From the NCBI RefSeq assembly GCF_053078305.1, contig NZ_CP166879.1: a DNA stretch of 64,000 nucleotides; one strand, written 5' to 3'. Under the pieces are notes generated by a model. That model made no database searches. It was not told where the DNA came from and worked only from the letters and a program-made list of their open reading frames with translations. This document shows, one piece after another, positions 44,651 through 53,590 of the stretch; positions within the stretch are counted from its first letter, which is position 1; each line of letters starts with the position of its first letter. A program made the translations under genes and the position numbers.

Positions 44651-45327
44651 TTCAGTATCTGAACGTCTTTTTTTACGATATCTACCCGTACATTTGTGCG
44701 ACGGTGTTTTTCCTCGGCAGCTGGCTGCGCTACGACTATGGCCAGTACACCTGGCGCGCCTCCTCAAGTCAAATGCTCGATAAACGCGGGATGGTGATAT
44801 GGTCGAATCTGTTCCATATCGGCATTTTGGGGATCTTCTTCGGGCACCTGTTCGGCATGTTAACGCCGCACTGGATGTACGCGTGGTTTTTGCCAGTGGC
44901 AGCGAAACAACTAATGGCGATGGTGCTCGGCGGTATTTGCGGTGTGTTGACGTTGATTGGCGGCGCAGGACTGCTGTGGCGCAGGCTGACAAATCAGCGC
45001 GTGCGTGCCACTTCCACTACGCCGGATATCATCATCATGAGCATTTTGCTGGTCCAGTGTCTGTTGGGGCTAAGCACCATACCGTTTTCAGCACAGTATC
45101 CTGATGGTAGCGAAATGTTGAAGCTGGTGGGTTGGGCGCAAAGCATTGTCACTTTCCGTGGTGGATCGTCAGAGATGCTTAACGGTGTAGCGTTCGTCTT
45201 CCGCCTGCATCTGGTGTTGGGAATGACCATCTTCCTGCTCTTCCCGTTCACTAGACTGGTGCATGTGTGGAGCGCCCCGTTTGAGTACTTTACTCGTCGG
45301 TATCAGATTGTGCGCTCGCGGCGATAA
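44647..45327 (+). CDS. narV: Respiratory nitrate reductase 2 gamma subunit (cytochrome b)
   Basis: 226 aa membrane protein; 4-bp overlap with narW. Confidence 0.93.
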
Positions 45328-45344
45328 TTCTGCTTTTCAAAACC

Positions 45345-45382
45345 GCCTGTTTTTCTTGTCATGTGTTGTCAGAAAAACAGGC
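45345..45382. terminator. Bidirectional hairpin between narV and the convergent 403-aa gene
   Basis: gcctgttttt ... aaaaacaggc 10-bp stem, followed by TTTTC on the plus strand. Confidence 0.6.
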
Positions 45383-45391
45383 TTTTCAACC

Positions 45392-46603
45392 TTAATGATT
45401 ATCTTCAAACTCTTCCAAAACATATTGAGCATGAAATTGAATACAGGGCCAGGATGAAACTAAACCAGCGCGAGCAGTGGGTACTTCATTGGCGGTGATG
45501 GTGCAAAACCCTCTTCCTGGTGCCATTTCTTTTGCTATGGCTTCAACCAGCTCTGGATGATGACTAAGGACAAACTCTAACGGGGTGTAATCTAAGGGTA
45601 AATGACGTCCGTGGTCCCGAAATGCCAGATATGGAGCTGTTACTCCACGAAGCAAAATTTCTACAGGGAGCTGGGAAATGCGTTCTACCAATAAATTCAT
45701 ATGCCCAAGCCGCGCTATAGCCGCTGCAGCCCAACAGCGGTTACTCCCATCGGCTGTTTGATCGTCCAGCAGGCTTGTCAAAACAGCAATCACATCCTCA
45801 TTAGATTCATTAATTTCTGCAATCAATTTACAGGCATTCCATGCTTTGTCTGCATTTTTAACTTCTTGCAGCAAAGCAGGTAACGCCAGTTGACCTAGTT
45901 GTTTGAGTAATACTTCGTAATCGTCTAAAAGTAGACCCGGCGTTTTTCTGCCAAATATTTGCGCGATTAATTCTGCTATCCGTGCTTGTGAAGGCAAACT
46001 TTTCAGATATTGCCTCTCCTGTTCAGCCTGAGAATATTGAGGAAAATATTGCAATATTTGTTTTTTTGTCAGACTTAACGGGATCAACTCACCAACCTCA
46101 TCAGAGGCTATGGCGATAAAGTTTTTCTCCACTACCCCTTCACGTAAGAGTTGTAGTCGTGCTTTTTTGGCTGCTTTCGGAAAAACACGCAGGAATTGCG
46201 CGTACACCTCATACCAGGCATCAAATGTTCCATTAATAGCAGCGAACTCATGGCATTCATTAGCCCATTGTTCGCATTCTTCGTTAGGTTCATCATTGTA
46301 CTTATGGTCCGCAGGCGACCAGCGTAAGTCCTGTGTGAGTTTTTCTACGTTTTGTGTAAATCCATTTTTCTGATAAGCAGTAACAATAGAGGCCAGGCTT
46401 TCCTCAGTGCCAACTGCCAGACAAGGCCAGTCAATGATGTCCCCATCCCCATAAAAACAATGAAACATGGCACCATAGATATGTTGGCATGGGTGTTCCT
46501 GATGTATATGTTTAACGGAAGCTACCATGTAATTAATGGCAGCCGTTTCCATCCCTTTCCAGTCAAATTGTACTTGCTTCATAAAGCGGTCCGTGTAAGG
46601 CAA
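45392..46603 (-). CDS. Hypothetical protein; C-terminal region resembles HEAT/armadillo-type helical repeats
   Basis: Uninterrupted 403-aa frame convergent with narV; no recognisable catalytic motif. Confidence 0.6.
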   Translation of the reverse strand: MPYTDRFMKQVQFDWKGMETAAINYMVASVKHIHQEHPCQHIYGAMFHCFYGDGDIIDWPCLAVGTEESLASIVTAYQKNGFTQNVEKLTQDLRWSPADHKYNDEPNEECEQWANECHEFAAINGTFDAWYEVYAQFLRVFPKAAKKARLQLLREGVVEKNFIAIASDEVGELIPLSLTKKQILQYFPQYSQAEQERQYLKSLPSQARIAELIAQIFGRKTPGLLLDDYEVLLKQLGQLALPALLQEVKNADKAWNACKLIAEINESNEDVIAVLTSLLDDQTADGSNRCWAAAAIARLGHMNLLVERISQLPVEILLRGVTAPYLAFRDHGRHLPLDYTPLEFVLSHHPELVEAIAKEMAPGRGFCTITANEVPTARAGLVSSWPCIQFHAQYVLEEFEDNH

Positions 46604-46718
46604 TATAGAGAGTTAACCATTTTATCCTGATAGTTATTTCAACATGACTTGCCAAGGATTAATTCAGAAAAGTGCCCTAAACAGGCTATGATAGTTCTCC
46701 AGTCACAGGAGAACGTTA

Positions 46719-47612
46719 ATGAAACCGCAGGTTTACCACGTCGATGCTTTTACCTCTCAACCATTTCGCGGCAATTCTGCCGGTGTTGTTTTCCCCGCCG
46801 ATAATCTTAGCGAAGCGCAAATGCAGCTTATCGCCCGCGAATTAGGTCATTCGGAAACTGCTTTTCTGCTGCACAGCGACGACAGCGATGTGCGCATCCG
46901 CTACTTTACGCCAACGGTTGAAGTTCCGATTTGTGGTCACGCGACAGTAGCTGCGCACTATGTACGTGCGAAGGTGTTAGGTTTAGGAAATTGCACGGTC
47001 TGGCAAACATCGCTGGCAGGAAAACATCGCGTGACTATCGAAAAGCACCACGATGATTATCGTATTTCGCTGGAACAAGGTACGCCGGGCTTTGAGCCAC
47101 CGCTGGAAGATGAAACACGTGCGGCGATTATCAACGCGCTTCATCTCACTGAGGACGATATTCTGCCAGGCTTGCCAATTCAGGTGGCAACAACAGGACA
47201 CTCAAAAGTGATGATCCCGTTGAAACCAGAAGTGGATATCGACGCCCTTTCGCCTGATCTTGCTGCGCTGAGCGCTATCAGCAAACAGATTGGCTGCAAT
47301 GGTTTCTTCCCGTTCCAGATCCGCCCAGGCAAAAACGAAACCGATGGTCGCATGTTCTCGCCTGCGATTGGTATTGTGGAAGATCCGGTGACTGGCAATG
47401 CCAATGGCCCGATGGGTGCATGGTTGGTACATCACAACGTATTGCCCCACGATGGCAAGGTGCTGCGTGTTAAAGGCCATCAGGGGCGCGCATTGGGGCG
47501 TGACGGCGTGATTGAAGTGACGGTGACAATTCGTGATAACCAACCGGAAAAAGTCACCATTTCTGGCGCGGCGGTGATTTTGTTTCATGCCGAATGGGCA
47601 ATTAAACTCTGA
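46719..47612 (+). CDS. yddE: PhzF-family isomerase-like protein
   Basis: 297 aa from MKPQVYHVDAFTSQPFRGNSAGVVF. Confidence 0.92.
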   Translation: MKPQVYHVDAFTSQPFRGNSAGVVFPADNLSEAQMQLIARELGHSETAFLLHSDDSDVRIRYFTPTVEVPICGHATVAAHYVRAKVLGLGNCTVWQTSLAGKHRVTIEKHHDDYRISLEQGTPGFEPPLEDETRAAIINALHLTEDDILPGLPIQVATTGHSKVMIPLKPEVDIDALSPDLAALSAISKQIGCNGFFPFQIRPGKNETDGRMFSPAIGIVEDPVTGNANGPMGAWLVHHNVLPHDGKVLRVKGHQGRALGRDGVIEVTVTIRDNQPEKVTISGAAVILFHAEWAIKL

Positions 47613-47617
47613 AACCG

Positions 47618-47700
47618 TTGCCTGATGCGCTTCGCTTATCAGGTCTACAACCGAGCTAATGTATGCCGGATAAGGCGTTTACGCCGCATCCGGCAACCTG
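47618..47700. repeat. REP/BIME element pair between yddE and nhoA
   Basis: GCCTGATGCGCTTCGCTTATCAGGTCTAC and ATGCCGGATAAGGCGTTTACGCCGCATCCGGCA palindromic units. Confidence 0.8.
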
Positions 47701-47707
47701 ACATAAA

Positions 47708-48553
47708 TTATTTTCCCGCCTCCGGGTGCGTATCAAACGCCGCCATCACCAGCGCTAACTCATCCACAGTAAAGCCATGTTTCGCATCATCCACGCCCAG
47801 ACCAAACTGTTCTTGCATCACAGCATATAACGACGCCACATCCGGTAGATTTCGCTGCTCCACCGCGTGCTCATTTTCATAATGGGTAAAATGAAAATTG
47901 GTCAGTGTCAGCTTGCCGCCGTCCGGTAAATGGCGGCACATCAGCAAATGATGGCGAAAATGCGACTGCGGCCAGTGCGCCGACCAGAAATTGCCCATCA
48001 CATAATCGCTTTGTTGCTGCTCGCAGAGATCAAAACGGTACATCGACTGCCAGTGCTGATGATGATTAAACTGCAACACCCAATCATCACCCTCCTGTAA
48101 CAACCGATACTCTCCGTGTGGCGTGATCTGCACGAGATCGGGAACTAAACGAATCGGCGCGGTTAGCGTCTGTCCACCGAAACCGACATCAGCAATCCAT
48201 TTTTCCCCTTCCAGTTCCACCAACAACAAACGATGGGTGCGCGGCGGTAATGCTGGCGGATTTGATAACACTACGCGCCCTAACAAGCTGCGAACGTTAA
48301 ACCCCAGCTCGCGTAACACCCGCTCAAACACGCCATTCTGCTCAAAACAGTAACCACCACGACGGGCTGTCACCAGTTTCTCTTCCAGCGATTGATCATC
48401 AAGCTGTATTTCCCTCGGCAGCAAAACGTCGAGGTTTTCAAACGGAATGGTGCAATTGTGTTTCAGGTGCAATGCACGAAGCGTATCAATATTGACCGCA
48501 GCAGCTCCCGACCAGTTAATACGGGCAAAATAGTGATTCAGAATGGGCGTCAT
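47708..48553 (-). CDS. nhoA: Arylamine N-acetyltransferase / N-hydroxyarylamine O-acetyltransferase
   Basis: 281 aa from MTPILNHYFARINWSG; catalytic cysteine context RRGGYCFEQN. Confidence 0.93.
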   Translation of the reverse strand: MTPILNHYFARINWSGAAAVNIDTLRALHLKHNCTIPFENLDVLLPREIQLDDQSLEEKLVTARRGGYCFEQNGVFERVLRELGFNVRSLLGRVVLSNPPALPPRTHRLLLVELEGEKWIADVGFGGQTLTAPIRLVPDLVQITPHGEYRLLQEGDDWVLQFNHHQHWQSMYRFDLCEQQQSDYVMGNFWSAHWPQSHFRHHLLMCRHLPDGGKLTLTNFHFTHYENEHAVEQRNLPDVASLYAVMQEQFGLGVDDAKHGFTVDELALVMAAFDTHPEAGK

Positions 48554-48725
48554 CAGGCGTTTCCCTTAGTGGTTTTCTCAACTTATAACCTGGAATAGAC
48601 GCCGCACCGGCTATTTTGTGCGATCGCGGACATGCATCACGTTCGCAAATCGCCAATCCCGTTAATTTCGTTACTTATTGCGTTACGGACTACGCTTAAA
48701 AAAACCTTCTTCGCGAGGCGATACC

Positions 48726-49295
48726 ATGAGCCGATTCATCCCCATAGAATTACACCATGCCAGCCGTCTGTTAAATCATGGCCCAACTGTCTTGATCACC
48801 AGTTTCGATGAGCAATCCCAGCGGCGTAACATTATGGCTGCAGCCTGGTCAATGCCGGTGGAGTTTGAACCTCCACGCGTGGCGATTGTGGTAGATAAAT
48901 CGACATGGACCAGGGAGTTGATTGAACATAACGGTAAATTTGGCATCGTTATCCCGGGCGTTGCAGCAACTAACTGGACGTGGGCAGTGGGAAGTGTGTC
49001 GGGGCGTGAAGAAGATAAATTTAATTGCTATGGCATTCCGGTTGTGAGAGGCCCGGTATTTGGTTTGCCTCTGGTCGAGGAAAAATGTCTGGCGTGGATG
49101 GAGTGTCGCCTGCTACCTGCGACTTCTGCGCAAGAACAATACGACACACTGTTTGGCGAGGTAGTATCAGCAGCGGCAGACGCACGGGTATTTGTCGAAG
49201 GCCGCTGGCAGTTTGATGATGATAAGCTCAATACGTTGCATCATTTAGGTGCTGGCACGTTTGTTACTAGCGGCAAGCGTGTTACGGCGGGTTAA
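48726..49295 (+). CDS. yddH: Flavin reductase-like domain protein
   Basis: 189 aa from MSRFIPIELHHASRLLNHGPTVLITS. Confidence 0.88.
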   Translation: MSRFIPIELHHASRLLNHGPTVLITSFDEQSQRRNIMAAAWSMPVEFEPPRVAIVVDKSTWTRELIEHNGKFGIVIPGVAATNWTWAVGSVSGREEDKFNCYGIPVVRGPVFGLPLVEEKCLAWMECRLLPATSAQEQYDTLFGEVVSAAADARVFVEGRWQFDDDKLNTLHHLGAGTFVTSGKRVTAG

Positions 49296-49298
49296 GCA

Positions 49299-49526
49299 TT
49301 ACATGCTGTAACCAGGTTTCTTTATCAAAGCCTCCATTTGGGGCGCGATTTCGGCATCCCAGATAGCTTGCCATGATTCTGGTTGAATCTGCTGTAGAGA
49401 AATGCTTATCGAGCTATCTTTACTGTTCAGATGGCGAATAATAACGTCGGTAATATCTGCAGCAAGTGCTGCTTTTTGTTGTTCGTCCAGTTCACGCGGA
49501 AAACATTTAATGTCGATGTGCGGCAT
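49299..49526 (-). CDS. pptA: Tautomerase (4-oxalocrotonate tautomerase family)
   Basis: 75 aa from [28 protein letters not shown] with catalytic Pro at position 2; the ORF track extends it upstream. Confidence 0.9.
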   Translation of the reverse strand: MPHIDIKCFPRELDEQQKAALAADITDVIIRHLNSKDSSISISLQQIQPESWQAIWDAEIAPQMEALIKKPGYSM

Positions 49527-49613
49527 GATTGTGCTCCTTTTGAAAGATGTCAGTAAAATTAACACACATTGTGAATGTCGTATGTCCGGTGATGCGTTTT
49601 TACGACAATAATG

Positions 49614-50594
49614 CCAGGGCAAGATTACGAAAGCCTTCTCCCCGCAAGGACTGACGCCAGGTAGTTTCTGTCCATGGCTGCTTTTCGCATCTTACGTCTT
49701 AACCCTGCCTTGAATACCTTATCATTCGTCAAAATATTAATAGCAATGTGCCGTATCCCTGAAAATAATTCTGCTGCATTTCCTCTTCTTATTTTGCAGT
49801 CGTCTTCATTCATTACCACGTCCAGACGCCAGTGCAGCTTATTCTCCACGTGCCAGTGGTTTCGGATTGCTGTGGCGAACTTCTCTGCGGTTAAATCAGC
49901 AGAACTGATATAATATCTGACCGTCATTTCTGGCTCTTTCTTTTGTTCTGCTATTATTGAGCGAAATGAGACTGCCATGCATAATTTCTTCAGCCCTTTC
50001 CATTCAAACGTGAAATCAATAAGTTCATCAGGGATATCGCAGACAATATGGAGACGGATTTTAATGACATGAATCGCTCCCCTGCGGCGACTCTTGTCAT
50101 AAGAGTGCCGGAGCGTTTTTCCATCAATTGCAATGACGTCTTTATCATCTGAAGAATGGCAGTCACGCATCCAGTTAATAAAGCACTCGTGAAATTTTGC
50201 AGGACTGATACAGGATACAACTCTGGCAATGGTATCGTGAACAGGAATACCATTTTCAAAATCACCATATTGCTTCAAAAAATCGAGATGTGTTTCCCCA
50301 AAATCCTCTATATCTTCCCAACCTTCTGCACCAGAAACAACGGCACAAATAATCAACAGTAGAATATCCGATAATTTATGTTCCACTTTCCAGGCTTGTC
50401 TGTAATCGGGGATAATAGAAATATGTTCCATCAATTTTTTAAGTTCCATTTTGTTTCCTTAATTATGTAAGGAGTATTTGATCATGTATAAGCAATAAAA
50501 AACAGCTTTAGGTAATGAGGAACATATCAATTTTTAAACATAAAATGCGAATTATTTAGTACAAAAAGTGTACTTCCGATGATCTTTCCCTGCC
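49614..50594 (-). mobile_element. ydcC: H-repeat (ISAs1-family) element copy 1, transposase with internal deletion
   Basis: 274-aa frame (49625..50449) aligns to both ends of the roughly 378-aa H-repeat transposase but lacks about 100 central residues (junction [17 protein letters not shown]). Confidence 0.75.
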
Positions 50595-50862
50595 ATTAAA
50601 TAATGTCTTATTTGACCTTGCCAACATACAACAAAATAATTGAAATATATTCAAAATTAATTTAAACATTCATCAGGCGTCCTTTTCTAAAAAACCTAAT
50701 CATTTAATGGTTAAATTACAATCAAACAAACAAAGTAAACTGGAATTATAGTTGTGGTGCACTTCACGATTTTAGCATTCTTGCTCCTACATTTATACTC
50801 TCTGCCGCGGAAATTTGTTCTCGAAACTTAACTAAACCCAATCAATCATCCTTGCCTTATCG

Positions 50863-51366
50863 TTACTTGAATTTATCAAGACATTTATCATTGCTGACAC
50901 TTTCAATATTTATATGATATACAGTTCCTGTGTTTGAGATATATACTTCCTTAAGCTTATCAGTTTTACTCTCATTATTATAAAAGTAGCCCCCGATAAT
51001 TTTATTCTTCTTTGATATATAAGTGACAGTGTCAGTATGAACTCCACCATTTATTGTCATAATGAATGAGGCATCCAAGTTCATCGTACTTTCCCCCTTA
51101 AAATATATTTTACCATTAGAAATCACTTTGGTCTCAGAAACACCGTTAGGCTCGTCATTACTAATTAATATAAGTAAATCTACCATTTCGGATTTTTTAT
51201 CTCTTTCTTTATAACCACCAATATCATCCAGGATATTATTTGACACTTTTCCACAAAGCATCACTGAGTAATTATTCAAATTTTTGAGTTGAGAGCACTT
51301 TGCCACAAAAGAGAATGAAATAAATATCAAACCTACCGAAATGATTATTGTTTTTTTAAAATTCAT
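50863..51366 (-). CDS. Exported small protein, candidate immunity protein for the upstream effector
   Basis: 167 aa with N-terminal signal peptide MNFKKTIIISVGLIFISFSFVAKCS; 4 bp downstream of the effector stop; about 27% GC. Confidence 0.55.
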   Translation of the reverse strand: MNFKKTIIISVGLIFISFSFVAKCSQLKNLNNYSVMLCGKVSNNILDDIGGYKERDKKSEMVDLLILISNDEPNGVSETKVISNGKIYFKGESTMNLDASFIMTINGGVHTDTVTYISKKNKIIGGYFYNNESKTDKLKEVYISNTGTVYHINIESVSNDKCLDKFK

Positions 51367-51370
51367 TGTT

Positions 51371-53449
51371 TTAAAGAATCCTTATGTAATTAAGTGGAGG
51401 TGTTATTTCATCATTCAATACATACCAAGAATGCTCAAATGCTGGCCAACGCACTAAATCGAAGCCATCTGCTGCTGGGTTTATTCGCCGTGTAACTTCT
51501 CTGGCATCTGACAAACTACATCCTTTATCCGCCCAATAATTAACGCCTAAACTACCACTAGGTGTCAATCGATGGCTTACCATTATGTATTTTTGCTTAC
51601 TTGCCCAAAAGTATCCCCCGGCATCGCAAGAAAAATAGGCATTTTCAACTGGGAGTTGGTTATTGGGTTCTGTAGTAAAAAAATCATCATCTGACGGATT
51701 TCTATACTTTCCATAATTTCTATAATTCTCACGACCAGTTAGATGTATGGTACCTCTGCCTTTAAATCTTGCACCATCACCAACAACATTATTTCCAAGC
51801 TTAAGTCCCTGTTCTGTTCCTGGCTCATACATATCAAAATAACTCGAATCACCATTCTCTATAAAAGACGCAAATCTGCCTGTTTCTCTCGCCATCTGAC
51901 CGAAATAATGCGCAATCCGCAATGGGGTTGTAATTAAGTACTTCCTTAGTGACTTTGACAGTTCATTTTTCAACCCTGCAGGTCTTATCACCTCACCACT
52001 GCTATTTTGTCCTTGGCTAGTAATCCGCTCAATTAGAGTGTCTTTACTTAATGGTCTTGTAAGTTCTGATGTCATGGGATAAGCATTTTGATAACGTCTT
52101 ACCACACTTATAATATCATTTTCTCCTAACCACCCACATTTCCTGAAATGTGCAATAAACTGCCTGGGATCAAAATGCCATACACGCCTGGCAGGTAACG
52201 GATTATCTACCAAACAAAGCGCCTTACAGTGTTCTATCAGCAAATCCAGGTCAGGCTCTGTCATCGGCTTACTCAATACGTCATTGGGTGATTTCAGCCA
52301 CTCAAACCGTGATTCCACGGTGGCGCTGTCCCATTCTAGCGGAAAATGACAAATCATCCGACTTAGGTCATTGCGGGTTGTACACAGGATTGTTGGTGAA
52401 TTGCACTGGCTGTTGGTGTCCGCATCATCGTTCACCAGTTTCCACCCTGTCCAGTGTGGAAAATCACCGTCGCTGTAAACCCTGATATCTCTCGCCCCTA
52501 AGTTAACAACGCCTTTACCCTGTGGCGTATTGATTGTTCGCCACAGCGGCGCATCCGCCGGGACTAATTCTTCATATTCTGTATTAACAACCCGACCAAA
52601 ACGCAGCATCTCATAACCGGCACTTGGGCTTTTCGGATAGAGTTGCAGCGCGTAGGAATAGAGATTGTATTCATAATCCTTACCATCAGCATTAATCAAG
52701 GGAGAACCTACTTCAGTATAGGTATCACTCAGCACTTCATGCTGCTGACGCGTCACCATCGTACAATTGCCTTTATCAAAACTCATTGTGACATACAATG
52801 GCACGCTGGTTCTTTGTACCGGACTGTTGTTCGCAAGCGAGTTTTCTTCCGGCATGTCCCCATAAATCGGTGTTCCGGCAGGGAGATAAAAATGACTATC
52901 ACCGTAAACCACATCAGTTCGTCCATCTTTATTCAGGTCTGTTTCCGGTGATATTCTTCCTGTGATTTTCTGAATGTTTTCATCATCACAAAAAATCTGA
53001 AAATGAAAGGCGTTCTGTCCGTCCACCATCCCTGCTGCACCAACCGGTTCTTTCCGGTATAGCGTGTTTCCCGGCTGCACATTACTGTCAATGCTTCTCA
53101 GGTGCATATATAATGAGTAATAGACGATTTTACCCTCTTCTCCACTACCGATTTCTGTTTCATGTTTTATCAGAACATAGCCTTTATCCGTAACTCCGTT
53201 ATAATTTAACGGAGGAACTGTATTTTCCGCTGGTTCTGGCTGGCGTATTGAAATAACCTTCCCATCGGCAATACACCTAACAGTCTCTGACAGATTGCCG
53301 TTCAAATGAACTCCACCATGCCAAGAACGACCGCTATTCATTGGGAAATTTCTTTCTGGATCAACAGACATCATTCTGTTTACCCAGTCAGAGTCTTTTT
53401 CAGTGTCTATATGCGCATGCAATATTGGAGGGCTGATTATCATTATCAA
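51371..53449 (-). CDS. Candidate T6SS peptidoglycan-hydrolase effector: M23-like domain plus GH19/lysozyme-like C-terminal domain
   Basis: M23-like block HGGVHL…ADGKVIS…YYSLYMHLRS…GAAGMVDGQNAFHFQIF; GH19-like block YFGQMARETG…GDGARFKGRGTIHLTGRENYRNYG; first gene downstream of vgrG. Confidence 0.6.
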   Translation of the reverse strand: MIMIISPPILHAHIDTEKDSDWVNRMMSVDPERNFPMNSGRSWHGGVHLNGNLSETVRCIADGKVISIRQPEPAENTVPPLNYNGVTDKGYVLIKHETEIGSGEEGKIVYYSLYMHLRSIDSNVQPGNTLYRKEPVGAAGMVDGQNAFHFQIFCDDENIQKITGRISPETDLNKDGRTDVVYGDSHFYLPAGTPIYGDMPEENSLANNSPVQRTSVPLYVTMSFDKGNCTMVTRQQHEVLSDTYTEVGSPLINADGKDYEYNLYSYALQLYPKSPSAGYEMLRFGRVVNTEYEELVPADAPLWRTINTPQGKGVVNLGARDIRVYSDGDFPHWTGWKLVNDDADTNSQCNSPTILCTTRNDLSRMICHFPLEWDSATVESRFEWLKSPNDVLSKPMTEPDLDLLIEHCKALCLVDNPLPARRVWHFDPRQFIAHFRKCGWLGENDIISVVRRYQNAYPMTSELTRPLSKDTLIERITSQGQNSSGEVIRPAGLKNELSKSLRKYLITTPLRIAHYFGQMARETGRFASFIENGDSSYFDMYEPGTEQGLKLGNNVVGDGARFKGRGTIHLTGRENYRNYGKYRNPSDDDFFTTEPNNQLPVENAYFSCDAGGYFWASKQKYIMVSHRLTPSGSLGVNYWADKGCSLSDAREVTRRINPAADGFDLVRWPAFEHSWYVLNDEITPPLNYIRIL

Positions 53450-53590
53450 TAGTCCTTATTAAGCTTATAAAACATGTAACGAGTATGAATTATTCATTCA
53501 CAGAGCATCTCTGCTTAGAAAGCAGAAAATCACAGTATTATTGTATTATTACTACCGTCATCCGTTATCTTTATCTGAATGATTATCCCA

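Noticed and set aside
51371-53449. 692-aa ORF as a phage endolysin or tail lysin rather than a T6SS effector
   Set aside because: No phage structural, holin or integrase genes nearby; it sits directly downstream of vgrG and upstream of a signal-peptide immunity-like ORF, which fits a T6SS effector better. This remains a context-based judgement.
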